The notes under the pieces are model-generated. The model did no database searches, was not told the DNA's origin, and was given only the letters and a program-made list of their open reading frames with translations. Positions 49,275 through 60,881 of a stretch of DNA of 64,000 nt are shown piece after piece. Source of the stretch: Squalus acanthias (Eukaryota); the NCBI GenBank assembly GCA_030390025.1, contig CM059433.1, positions 11,596,001 to 11,660,000 on the forward strand, written 5' to 3'. Every line of letters begins with the position of its first letter. Position 1 is the first letter of the stretch. Both the position numbers and the translations under genes were made by a program.

Positions 49275-49699
49275 GTTTGAGTTCGGATCGGTGAAGGCCC
49301 TGTGGGTGGCGGAGCGGGCCCAGGGGCCGAGTGGCCTGGTCCTGCTCCTGCTTCTTGTGTTCTTTAGAGTTGAGGTTGGATCAGATCAGCCATGATCTTA
49401 TTGAATGGCGGAGCAGGCTCGAGGGGCCGATTGGTCTACTCCTGCTCCTATTTCTTATGTTCTCTTATGTTCTTATGTTCTTATGTTCTTATGTTCCTGG
49501 CATGGTTCTGCTTACGCTAGGAGCAGTGAGAGTTTATGGATTGAAGCGATTTGTTTTTCTTTAGTCTCTGAGATCCCCCTGAGTCAGGGAAGGAGAAGCC
49601 TGTCTACCAGTGGTTGAGGTCGCTGTCTTTGCCTACATTATGGGTTGGCTGCGACTTCCATTTCTAGGCACTTCAGACTTCTCGACTACCTGCTTCAAT

Positions 49700-50095
49700 T
49701 TTAGATCATAACCTCAGCCCCTATCACATTTATATTTTATTTTTTCATCCACCCTTTTGTTTGGCCCCCCCCCCTTTTCTTTTTCCCTCCCAGAAGCTGG
49801 CAGCTGTCCTTCATTCTGCCAGTGCATTTCACACTTCTTTTAGCCTCAACCTGTCACATTAACACCACCTCTTGCCTTGATCACCTCTTAATGTCTCTCA
49901 ATGTCTCTTAATCTCTCCTTTTGTTCTTTCATCCCCTCCCCCTTTTCCCAGCTTTATCCTTGCTTAAATCTATTTCATTTCCTGCCTTTTTCCAGTTCTG
50001 ACGAAAGGTCTTCGACCTGAAACGTTGACTCTGTTTCTCTCTCCACGGATGCTGCCTGGCCTGCTGAGTTTTTCCAGCGTTTTCTGTTGTTGCTT
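49700..50095 (+). mobile_element. PLE family A 3' fragment
   Basis: Reverse complement of 1-445. Confidence 0.8.
49994..50030 (+). ncRNA. Minimal hammerhead motif (family A)
   Basis: AGTT-CTGACGA-A-AGGTC ttc GACCT-GAAA-CGTT-GACT. Confidence 0.72.
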
Positions 50096-50249
50096 CATTC
50101 ACTTGTTCTTCATCCTTTTCCTCAAGCATCCTATTTCCTAGAAAATCCACACCTTTCTATCTCAGAATAACGACTGAGGTACTGAATAGAAACCACAAGG
50201 GAAAAATAAGATTTGAAAGCAACTTGGAATGACCCAGCAAAGAAATATA

Positions 50250-51147
50250 GGCCTGAATTTTAAAGGGGAGGTAGGTTGGGAGCAGGGAAGCTCCGAAGTG
50301 GTCGGGAAACCCGGGAGATTAAATTCGGCAGGGCCTGATTTGCATGGGAAGCCGCGGTTTGCCACCCGCAGACAGCCAGATTGAGAGGCAGGCTGGCTGC
50401 GGGCGGGTAGGCCTGCGGCACTAGGCCGCGGAGAGGAGGGAGGGAGAGATCGCGTGGGGGCCGGGGGGCGGCCAGAGGAGCACGGGGAGGGCCGGGGAAG
50501 CAGCATGGGGAGGAGGTCAGGAACAATCGGGGGCCGGAGGAGCGAAGTGGGGGCGGGGGGGGGGGAAGGTTAGGGAATGATCGGCGACCAGAGGAACAGG
50601 GGGTGGGGGCGGAGGATCGGGGGCGGGGGGGGGCAGTCAGCGATCGGGGGCCAGAGGGGCACGGGGGGCCAGGAAGAGCAAGGGTGGCCAGGAGTGGGGG
50701 GGACAGGAGGCAAACAGCATCGGGGGGCGGGAGAAGCATGGTGGGGGGGGGAAGGCCTCGTGGGGGGAAATCAGAGGGGTCGGATGCCTTGTGGGGGTGT
50801 CTCCGATCGCGGGGGGTGGGTTAGGTGGGGACGCTGGATTCAGGAGGTAAGTGTAAAGGTACTTACATCCTGGATACAGCAGTCCTCGCCTTACTTCAGC
50901 TGGCAGGTTTCCCGAGTCCTCCAAACCCCGACCAGCTAAAATGAAATTCGAAATGGAGGTTAAATGTGAGGCACTTCAGCCTCATTATAATATTTAAATA
51001 GGTTGGCTGCCCTTCCCCTGTCCCGCCTCCGTTAAAACCGGAAGTGGGCGGGTTGGAGGCGGGTTCTGGTCGGGATTCAGATTTTTAACACTTTAACTTC
51101 CCACCCAACCCCAACCCACCAGGTTTTTTTTAGGTTAAAATTCCCCC
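50250..51147. mobile_element. GC-rich Harbinger-like MITE
   Basis: Ends ggcctgaattttaa / ttaaaattccccc; internal gatcgggg-type repeats. Confidence 0.6.
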
Positions 51148-51369
51148 ACCCAGCAAAACAGGTGGACAGTTGAAGACGAGTAGGTTACAGGTGGATGAGG
51201 TGTCCACCTAAAGCAGGCGGAAGCCTCATGGATTTATGCAAATGAGGGTCCTATTACATCAATAGGATCCCGATGCAATTTTAACCGATCGGTGGAGCCA
51301 CTGCAGCCTTCCGGCTCGGCAGAAACAGACCAGGAGGCAGAAGAGGACCTGTCAGACAAGTCTAAAACT

Positions 51370-51745
51370 TTAAAATAAAAAACAGAAAATGCTGGAGACA
51401 CTCAGCAGGTCAGGCAGCATCTGTGAAGAGAGAAACAGAGTTAACGTTTCAGGTCGATGACCCTTCGTCAGAACTGGAAAAAAAAGCAGGAAATGGAACA
51501 GATTTTTAAGCAAGTGTAGTGGCTGGGAAATGGGGGAGGGGATGAAAGAACAAAAGGGAAGGTCAGTGATAGGATAGAAGGCAGGAGAGGTTAAGAGACA
51601 TTAAGAGATATTCAAGGCAAAAGGAGATGGTAATGGGACAGGTTAAGGAACAAAGGATGGCTCTAGATGAAGTGTAAATTGCGCTGGCAGAATGAAGGAC
51701 AGCTGCCATGTGGGAGAGAAGAACAGAAGGCCAAACAAAAAGTGT
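51370..51745 (-). mobile_element. PLE family A 3' fragment with hammerhead motif at 51439-51475
   Basis: Minus strand reads AGTT-CTGACGA-A-GGGTC atc GACCT-GAAA-CGTT-AACT. Confidence 0.8.
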
Positions 51746-52369
51746 GGAAAAAAACTTTCCCTGGTGGGACCAGGAGGAGCTGAAGTCGCAACCTCCTCTG
51801 CCCCGGCCGACCCCTTATTCTGAGACTGTGACCCCTGGTTCGAGACTCCCTAGCCAGGGGGAAACATCCTCCCTGCATCTACCCTGTCAAGCCCTGTAAG
51901 AATTTTGCATGTTTCATGGAAGTTGACAGATCACCGGGGGGAAATCGCAGGGGGAGGGGTCGGGATTGATCGCAGTGGGGAGCATGGGAGCTGACAGATT
52001 GCGGAGATTGCGGGGGTCATCATGGAGGGGTCGGGAGTGATGCGGGGGGGGTTGGTCATGGACCCTGACAGATCGCGGTGGGGTGATCGCGTGAGGGTTG
52101 TGGAAGCTGATAGATCGCGGGGCTGTTCATGGGGGGATCGGGGGGAGATCATGGAGGTGGGGGGTGTTGGTTTACAGGATTTGCTTGTTGGGCCTGGAGG
52201 AAACAGTCCTGCTCCTCCTGGCCCACAAGCAATGCTATAAAGGCACTTACCTCATGGATCCAGCCCTTCTCTCCTCCTTTTACCTGCCGGGTTTCTCGAT
52301 GTTAATGTGACGAGAATTCCAGTTGTAAGTTGCAGCTTCAAATGTGTGCATGTTGTAGAATAGGCAACT

Positions 52370-53215
52370 GTAATATAAACCGAAAATGCTGGAAACCCTC
52401 AGAAGGTCAGGCAGGATCTGTGGAAAGAGAAACAGAGTTAACGTTTAAGATCGATGACCTTTTGTCAGAACTGAAAAAAGTCAGAGATGTAACAGGTTTT
52501 AAACAAGATGTGGAGATGTCGGTGTTGGACTGGGGTGGACAAATGTGAGAATACGCACAACACCAGGTTATAGTCCAACAGTTTTATTTGAAATCACAAG
52601 CTTTCGGAGCGGCTGCCCCTTCGTCAGGTGAAGTGAAGGAATACGAATCGGCAAAGCATATATAGACAGAGAACAATGCCTGTGTAGCGTACAATGGCAG
52701 ACGACTACAGTTAATCTTTCTGACTGCCTTTTATCACACCTCGGCAGAGAGACAATCAGGTCAGTCAGGAAGACATTATATCAAAGACATAGCAAAATAC
52801 AACTAAGACAATGAGGTGGGGTCACAGGTGACGAAGGAGCAGCGCTCCGAAAGCTTGTGATTTCAAATAAAGCTGTTGGACTATAACCTGGTTTTAAACA
52901 AGTGCAGGGGCAGGGAAAAGGAGAGGGGAAGAAAGAACAAAAGGGAAGGCCTGTGATAGGGTGGAAGGCGGGAGAGATTAAATGACAAAAGGGATGATGG
53001 TGCAAGGCGAAAGGAGATGGAAATGGGAGAAGTAAAGAAACAAAAGATGGGTCTAGAGGAGGTGTAAATGGCGATGGCAGAATCATCAACAGTTGCCGTC
53101 CGAATAAATGGGGGCAGAGGTTATGATCTGAAATTGCTGAACTCAATGTTGAGTCTGGAAGGCTGTAAAGTGCCGAATCGAAAGATGAGGTGCTGTTCCT
53201 CGAGCTTAAGTTGAG
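52370..53215 (-). mobile_element. PLE family A 3' end including the endonuclease C-terminus; family B insert at 52508-52889
   Basis: Minus strand near 53120-53207 translates KLEEQHLIFRFGTLQPSRLNIEFSNFRS*, typical of the PLE GIY-YIG end. Confidence 0.82.
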
Positions 53216-53339
53216 CAAGGACTGTAAGGTTGTCTGAGTGCTTTGCTCAGGGAAGCTGTAAATGTGTAACAGATCAACGGGCAACACTTTGTAGCGTATA
53301 GACTTGGGCCATCTACCAGGCATGTGGTGCTGATGGACA

Positions 53340-53560
53340 GCCTTACTACGACAACGCTCTTCAGCTCTGCCAACTTCTTATGCATCTGCTTCCAGCTCTG
53401 CAGGTATTGGACGGAGCACTGACTCTGACTGCGACCTCCTCCCAGGTATACTCATAGCTCTCCCCTGGGGAGGGTGCCTTGGAGAAGGCAAATCCAGCAT
53501 CCTTCCTTGCATTCGCCTCATGCAACGGCAGGTCTATTGCTGGATCTGTGCATCTGGGGT
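53340..53560 (-). pseudogene. Decayed Myb/SANT remnant
   Basis: YTWEEVAVRVSAPSNTCRAGSRCIRSWQ fits the trihelix pattern. Confidence 0.45.
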
Positions 53561-54728
53561 CTTGTGTGCCGGGGTACTCCACAACCTTCCTAGATCCTGC
53601 CCGCCACAGTCGCCCTAAGTTCCCGTGCTTCCTTTTAGATAGCAGCAGCATGGCTCCAAATGCTGGATCCCGTGCATGCGACTTGTACAGTGTGCTTCGG
53701 GATTCGCGACGAGGAGTTAATCGGGAGTGAGCGCGGAAGAATGGAAACGGCCATGAACAGTTCACCAGGCAGCCGCCCCACTATAAACCATTCTGCCCCA
53801 GGAGTGCCTGTAATGGAAAGCCCAGCCTATAAAGTGCAGGGTTTCATTTTAAGCTGGTGATATGATTTACAGCCCTGCAAGACTGATGAAATAATGACAA
53901 TAATGTAACATCTGAGAGCAATCTACTTTCATTATAAATGGGATGTGACTGAATGTTCACAAATGGACAGTGCTCGATCACGTGACTATGTTTTATCGCT
54001 GCGGTGACCTTTAGCGGTGACCTCATGCTGCAACTTAAATCCATCAGGCTGACAGGACTCTCTCAAAGTAATAAAACAATGAAAGAAAAACTCTATTGTT
54101 TGAACCTTTCACTAGAAGCCAGTTCTGTAATTAAAAAGGTAGTGGCTAGTTAATGATGTGACTGATGTAAGCGCGTTCACACGTTGCTTTGTCAAAGCCA
54201 AGCAGTGTGAGAACAGCGTTGGCCCGATCTGGGCAGACAAAAAAATGTTATTTTGCATGAACGTCATGCAAACCCCTTCGGAGTCTTGAAGTCTTTCTGA
54301 TAAATCGCTACATAAATCTTTTGAGGATTTGCATCGGATTTCAAAAGGTTTCTGTAAGACTTTAAAGGAATCGCAGACAAATTGTCACTTTTTTGTGTTG
54401 GGAGGTGGTTTGTGAATGACCTTTACATGAACTTCGCTGAGTGCTAATTTTCCCCAGGAATCGCACTGAATTTAAATGTTTAATAGAGGATTTGTAGCAG
54501 GACAGTTTTGTATTATACTATAGAGTGCTATGGAATATTCATTCCCCCCCAAAAAACTGTATTTACAGTTCGAAATAAATGAGCATAAAATTATTTATAT
54601 ACGCTTGTTAAAAATAAACACCTGTATATAATTAGTCTTATATAATTCATGCAAAGTCTAAACTAGATATTTAACATAGAAATGTGAATTCATTTGCTAA
54701 ACACCACCTTAACCACTGAAAACTATAG

Positions 54729-54950
54729 TGAGAAGTCGCACAACATCAGGTTATAGTCCAACAGTTTTATTTGAAATCACAAGCTTTCGGAGCGGCTGCT
54801 CCTTCGTCAGGTGAAGTCCACTTCACCTGACGAAGGAGCAGCACTCCGAAAGCTCGTGATTTCAAATAAAACTGTTGGACTATAACCTGGTGTTGTGCGA
54901 TTTCTCACTTTTGTCCACCCCAGTCCAACACCGGCATCTCCGCATCATGG
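54729..54950. mobile_element. PLE-like family B insertion: palindromic double hammerhead
   Basis: Inverted arms centred on gaagt-cc-acttc; 16-bp TSD ccactgaaaac(t/g)atag at 54713-54728 and 54951-54966. Confidence 0.88.
54823..54859 (+). ncRNA. Minimal hammerhead motif (family B); mirror copy on minus at 54777-54814
   Basis: TCAC-CTGACGA-A-GGAG cagca CTCC-GAAA-GCTC-GTGA. Confidence 0.78.
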
Positions 54951-55034
54951 CCACTGAAAACGATAGCAGGAGCCAAAATTGTGATGGTTTCTTCAATGAA
55001 GCAGCTTAGCAACTAGCAGGTGGAAGTCCAGAGA

Positions 55035-55228
55035 TTTCTACGACCCTTCGCACAAAGGAGAGTAGAAATCTGTAACTATCTCCCCCCAAAGGCTGTCAAT
55101 GCTGGGTCAATTTAAATTTTCAAGACTGAGGTCAAGAGAGTTTTGTTCGGTAGGTCAAGGGATAGAATTAAAGGTGGGTAAATGGGGTTGAGGTACAGAT
55201 CAGCCATACTGCTGTTCCTATGTTCCTG
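55035..55228 (+). mobile_element. Decayed CR1 3' tail
   Basis: gatcagccat and tgttcctatgttcc tail. Confidence 0.65.
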
Positions 55229-55559
55229 AAAATGTGCTTAAATGGCTTAAAAGTTTCTTACCTGGCAGAAAAAGCAATAACATTGTGGGAATAGCAACGA
55301 TATGGTTGCATGGGTACAATAATATCACTATTTGTGAGATATTAATTACATGAGGATTGGTAATGAACGCCTGAGGGCCAAAAATAATATGCTAACTATT
55401 ACTATTAGTCCGTAGTTTTATATTACTGTCTTCTTCTGGTGTTTTTCTTTCTTGGACTCTAAGGACAGTCAACGTTGTAATTGTGCTTTATTAATGTTCC
55501 CTGGATCTCATATGCATTTGAGAAAGGCCCACATTTTATAATGTGTGTGACCTATGACT

Positions 55560-55790
55560 CTGGCTCCACACCCGGGTGGCCCCGGAGAGGGTGTCCACCG
55601 GTACGTTTGAGGCCTTCCGCGACCGGTGGGCACCGCCAGGACTGGAGTGCCTCGTAGACAGCGGAAATAATATTATAATTTAGTTTTACAAGTTTCCTTT
55701 GGTTTTGTATGAAATTTATTTTATGGTTCATTTCTTTTTATTAGTGGTGCCCCTTAAAAAAAAAGGGGGGGAAGCACATTTAAAATTGGT
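55560..55790 (+). mobile_element. Tx1/L1-like LINE 3' end
   Basis: STGTFEAFRDRWAPPGLECLVDSGNNIII* resembles a Tx1 ORF2 terminus and is followed by an AT-rich UTR. Confidence 0.5.
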
Positions 55791-56312
55791 CTTCTGCTGA
55801 TGACACTGAGACAACCAACCCGATGTAATCCTTATGGGTTGTGAGGAAAAATGCGTCACCGCTTGCAGAAATATCTCAAAGGGCATCCATCACATCCAAT
55901 GAATTTGGCCCCATTTTCCGCTGGCTATTCAGAGCCAAGTGTCAATTCCAGAAACTGAGCTGAACTATCAGCAATACAAGGGTAATTTCATGAGAATGGC
56001 TGGTGGTGGGGAGCCTCATACTCAGAAAATAATTCCCTTTACATCCAAATCAAAATGCTTTTAAATAAACAGCTGGCAAAGATACAATAAGGTTTGGAGA
56101 CTTTTGCACTCCATGCAAATAAGCAAGTGTTCGCATAGGCTCTTAGCCAGGATTTATAGATACTTCGAACAATAAATACTTCTCCCGTAATGCCTCTGAC
56201 CATAAACTCACACAACCTGTACACTTGCCAGTAATTGAAATTATTCGCATGTCTAACTGACATGAGTTGGAGTCGACAAATAAAGTGGCCATTTCCCAAC
56301 AAAGGACCAAAG

Positions 56313-57007
56313 GGGGAAAAATTGGGTTGATTTGTGCCTCTCGTTAACGGCCCCCCCGGGGGCGCTAACGGGATGCAAATCCCCTCGTGCCCGGGCACGG
56401 CGCTGCTAACGCCTCAAGCGAAATTCAGCGGGAGGTCAGCGGTGGCGGTAGACGGTAGCGCCCCGCGTGCTGCGCCTCCAGCGAAGACGTCATCACCATG
56501 TGCAGCACCCCGGCCGCAAACTTGGCTCACGCCCCCTGACCTACCGCTGGACGATAGGTACTTAAAGGGCAGGTGTCGGGCGGCCATTTTTTTTGGGCCG
56601 ACTGCCAGCACCTGCCATCCTTCCCCTTTTTTCTTCGGGATGCCTGCCGCGATCGCTCAGCCCAGCACTCCTCTTGAGTGCCGGGCTGTTTTCACGGCAC
56701 CCCGCTCCCCGGTGGTCCAGCTGGGCCCCGGTGCGCGCAGCGTTAGGCCCCTCCCCTTTAATCGGGGGAGAGGGAAGCCAGCAATGACGCGGCGCTACAT
56801 GCCGACGCGAGTGGCGCTGTTGCACGTAGCGCCACGATATTCAGTTGTTGCGCCCCAAGCAGGAGGTGAACGCTTCCAGTAGCACCCCGCCTCCTGCTTG
56901 GAGCGCTACAACTGAATTACAGGCGGCGGGGCGCTAAGTTTTTCGGGGCGCTAAAATCCCAGCGACGTTAGCGCCCCAAAAGGGGGCGACACCGACTTTT
57001 TCGCCCC
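56313..57007. mobile_element. Harbinger MITE
   Basis: ggggaaaaatt / tttttcgcccc ends; probable TSD AAG; similar to 7736-8341. Confidence 0.82.
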
Positions 57008-57189
57008 AAGAATTTGATTAGCAGCTGGAACAAAGCTGCTGCACCCTAGCCAAATGCACAAATCATAAAAAACAGCCTGCACCATGAAAATAAAGTTGGG
57101 CTCTAGTCTACATTTCTGAAGTTTGGTGAGAAACACACTTCCATCTCAATTCCAGCCATTTCTAGAACGCATTGAGGTTAAAAAAAAAA

Positions 57190-57785
57190 TCAGTATGTAT
57201 TGCGCCCGTTTTTTTGGGTGTAAAACGAGTGCAAAACATACCAATTTAGCATTGGGACGGTCTGTGTCCAATCTGCGCAGGCGTTGGTCCCACTGCTAAA
57301 CTCGGTGGGGAGCAATTTTTAGGCGTGCAGGGTGGACACTTAAAAGAGGTGTTATTCTCTTAAATATGTTAATGAGGGGCCTAACGCCTGTTGAAGGACC
57401 CCGCTACAAAATTTGTTCCCGATGATCGGGCAGGCACAGGTCTGCCCTGCTCACGACTCTTCAGTGGCCTCCGTGGGCGCCAACGAAAGGTTCGGGTTTT
57501 TTTTAAAGTTTTTTTTTAAAACCTTTTTGTGGAGCCAGGAGGAGCAGGAGTGGGCCTTCCAGCTCCACAGTCCTGCCAAACGCCCTCTCCCTCCTCCCGT
57601 TGCCAAATCCGACCCCCTTCCTGGAACTTACCCCAGGACCACTGCATGCGGCCAGAAATTGATTTTTCCCATGGGACGAGCCTGAAGATGTAGACGAGGC
57701 CCGAGGCCCAATTTCAGACAGCCTCGGACCTCTCTGTTCGGGTGGGCGCGCGCGCTGCTCGTGGACCCAGGCTAAATTCCACACC
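57190..57785. mobile_element. Decayed MITE-like element
   Basis: GC-rich; shares ccaggaggagcaggagt with other MITE fragments; TIR-like end aaattccacacc. Confidence 0.4.
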
Positions 57786-58695
57786 ATTTACTCTGTACAT
57801 TTTGTAGTGATATGAAAAAAAACAGAAGTCGGCCAAACCATTACAGCCTGAGAATGCCCGTTCACATTTTGTTTGAATTCCTGTTTATCAAAAAAAAGTT
57901 AGATTTCTGAGAATGTCAAATTTCTAGAATATGACATATGCAGGAAAGTGCAGTGTCAGAGTTTACCTGTTCCTTTGCTAAATTCAAATGATCAGAGTGA
58001 TGTTAGTTGAGGGATAAATATTGGCCAGGACCCGAGGACTACTCTTCTTTGAATAGTGCCAGTGAAGGATTTTGGACTTTTCAATCCGAATTTTAAGGAA
58101 ATGGATGGATTCACTAGAACCCTGGATTAATTACCTGCGACAGGAGCTGAGTTTGGATAAAAGAACTGTTAAACTGACTGTTCAAGAAGCATTCTGGAAA
58201 AGGCTGACCACATTTCAAAATGTGTTATTCAGACTGTCTGGAAGGCTACAGATAAGGAGGCCTTGAGAGACTGTGGGAAACGTCATGAACACCAGGTGCT
58301 GTTTGGGAGCAGCAGTCTGTATAACCATGAGAGAGAGAGAGGGAGAGTGAAAAGTTACTGGAATAGGTTGTTCTGTCAGCAAGAATGGTATCAGAGCAGC
58401 CATTCTAAAATGAAAGAAGAGAAAGTCACAAGACCGACCACAGACAGTCCAGAAGAACACCACACAGGATGTCGATGGATTATTCACCTCTTAGTCTCCC
58501 AAAGCAGAAGAATAGGCCTTTCTGAATTTTGAGATGTACTACTGACTTAAAGGATGTATGAATCTCTATCGATAAAACTTCTTGTATTTTAATGTTAATA
58601 AAACCAATAGTTAGAAAAGTAATAAACCTTGGTTAATTCTTACCTCTGATTACCCTAAAGAGTTAAGAGAGTAAAACAAATACATTAGACATGGT

Positions 58696-59452
58696 GGGGG
58701 AAAAATTGGGTTGGTTTGTGCCTCTTATTAGTGCCCCTAGTGGGCGCTGACGGGACACAAATCCCCTAGCACCCGGGCGCGGCGCTGTTAACACCCCCCA
58801 CGAAATTCAGCGGGAGATTAGCGGCGGCGTTAGCCGGTAGCGTACCGCGGCGCTGTGCCGCCGGCAATTACGTCATCGCTGAGCAATGCGACCCCTTACC
58901 ACCCCACGCCAGAAATTCGGCTGCGACCCGTGAAGCTGCCGCTGGCAATGTCAGCGACAGCCTCGCGGGTCGCAAACCGGGCCGACCTCCGCTCGCGAGG
59001 CGGTAATTAAAGGGGAAGCCCGGCTGCGCCCCGCAACGACATTTCATTGTTTTGGCGGACCTCCAGGTCGGCCCCTCGCGGCGGCCCCTGGCGTGGCCCG
59101 TGGCCGCCTTCGCGCAGCCGGCTGCGGCCACGGCACCACGCCGCCCTGGTGGGCTAGTGGAGGCTGTCAAACGGCCTGCAGAGTGCACAACGTCCCTTCT
59201 CTTTAATGAAGGGGTGGGGCGATGAAACGCGTCAGCGCTACGCGGAGCAGCTGCGTTGTGCTCCGGCGCTACCGCGCTTTGCGCCCCAGAAACTGCCCCG
59301 AGAGGAAGTGGAGCGCCCGAGATAGCGCTCCGTTTCCTTGCCGGGGCAGTAAGCCCAATTTAGCAGCCGGAGCGGTACTCCCACTCCGGCCACTAAATGG
59401 CTGGCGCTAATTCGGTTATCGCCCTCAAACGGACGTAACCGAATTTCTCCCC
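58696..59452. mobile_element. Harbinger MITE inserted in a DeuSINE
   Basis: gggggaaaaatt / aatttctcccc ends; tggt on both flanks (exact TSD ambiguous); SINE pieces at about 57985-58060 and 59453-59625. Confidence 0.82.
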
Positions 59453-59627
59453 TGGTATGTTTTACATCCACCATCAGAAAGATGGCACCTCCGACAGTGC
59501 AGCACTCACTCAGTATTGCACTGAAGTGTCAGCCTAGCTTATGTGTTCAAGACTCTGGAATGTGTTTTGAGAATCACGATCCTCTGATTCAGAAGTGACA
59601 GTGTTACCACTGAGCCAAGGCTGACAT

Positions 59628-59772
59628 CTGTCAGTGCCAGGTTAACCAATCCTCTCAGTGCTAAATTAACCAATCCTCTCAGTGCTAAATTAGCCAATCC
59701 GCTCAGTGCTAAATTAGCCAATCCTGTCAGTGCTAAATTAGTCAATCCTGTCAGTGCTAAATTAGCCAATCT
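59628..59772. repeat. 24-bp minisatellite, 6 copies
   Basis: Unit tcagtgctaaattagccaatcctc. Confidence 0.93.
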
Positions 59773-60087
59773 CAAAATGGGTGCCAGTGGAGCATTACAA
59801 TTATCTACAGCATTCTCAGGCTAGAGAAGATTGAAATCAGGCAGAGGTCCTGTACTTGTTTACTATATACCAGCCCTTCCTGAAAGTATGCACATGCTAA
59901 ACGAAAAAAGGTTCCACCTCATCTGAGATGATTCCACAAATAGCCTCCGAAGAATGACGGACAGATTTACACTTGAAGAATAGCTGTTTGGATGAGATAC
60001 CAGAGGGCCATCATCATCCATGGAGGCATGTCCAGTAAGACTGCCACCCCACCCTCCACCCAAGAAAAGTTTGATCTAATCCAAATA

Positions 60088-60505
60088 GATTGTTCTCCTT
60101 CGAGCAGAGTTGGTTAAAGGGAGCTTTGATAGAGGTGTTCAAAATTATGAAGTGTTTTGTTAGAGTAAATAAGGAGAAACTGTTTCCAGTGCTAAAAGGG
60201 TCAGTAACCAAAGGACACAGATTTAAGGTAATTGGCAAAAGAACCCGGGGCGACATGAGGAAAAAAAAATTACGCAGCGAGTTATTATGATCTGGAATGC
60301 ACTGCCTGAAAGGGTGGTGGAAGCAGATTCAATAGTAACTTCAAAGGGGAATTGGATAAATAAAGGGGGAAAATTTGCAGGACTATGAGGAAAGAGCTAG
60401 GCAGCGGGACTAATTGGATAGCTCTTTCAAAGAGCCGGCATAGGCATGATGGGCCAAATGGCCTCCTTCTCTGCTGTATCATTCTATGATTCCATTCTAT
60501 GATTT
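60088..60505 (+). mobile_element. CR1 3' fragment
   Basis: LIEVFKIMK, TKGHRFKV and attctatg tail. Confidence 0.88.
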
Positions 60506-60564
60506 AAGACAATTCAGCTTTTGGACCCCTCCCTCTGGCCTCTTAACCTCTCTAGAAATCTAAA

Positions 60565-60856
60565 GTCATCTTTTGTTTCTTAACTTGTCCCATTACCATC
60601 TCCTTTTGCCTTGCACCATCATCCCTTTTGTCTCTTAATCTCTCCTGCCTTCCATCCTATCACAGACCTTCCCTTTTGTTCTTTCCTCCTCTCCCCCCTT
60701 TCCCTGCCCCTACACTTGCTTAAAAACCTGTTCCATCTCCAACTTTTTCCAGTTCTGATGAAGGGTCATCGACCTGAAATGTTAACTCTGTTTCTCTCTC
60801 CACAGATGCTGCCTGACCTGCTGAGTATTTCCAGCATTTTCTGTTTTTATTTCAGC
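60565..60856 (+). mobile_element. PLE family A fragment with hammerhead motif at 60751-60787
   Basis: AGTT-CTGATGA-A-GGGTC atc GACCT-GAAA-TGTT-AACT; the stem III CpG has decayed. Confidence 0.78.
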
Positions 60857-60881
60857 TTACAAAAGTTGTTTGTTGACTCGT

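Larger units (their letters stand above)
45790..49497 (+). mobile_element. 5'-truncated CR1 LINE, 3.7 kb
   Basis: ORF1 C-terminal part, ORF2, 3' UTR and (ttcttatg)n tail are collinear. Confidence 0.95.

Noticed and set aside
53975..54025. CACGTG E-box and paired TGACCT half-sites
   Set aside because: Short motifs explained by a small local duplication; unsupported without conservation data.
59539..59775. Leucine-rich repeat-like ORF (LANLALTG)
   Set aside because: Translation of the 24-bp minisatellite.
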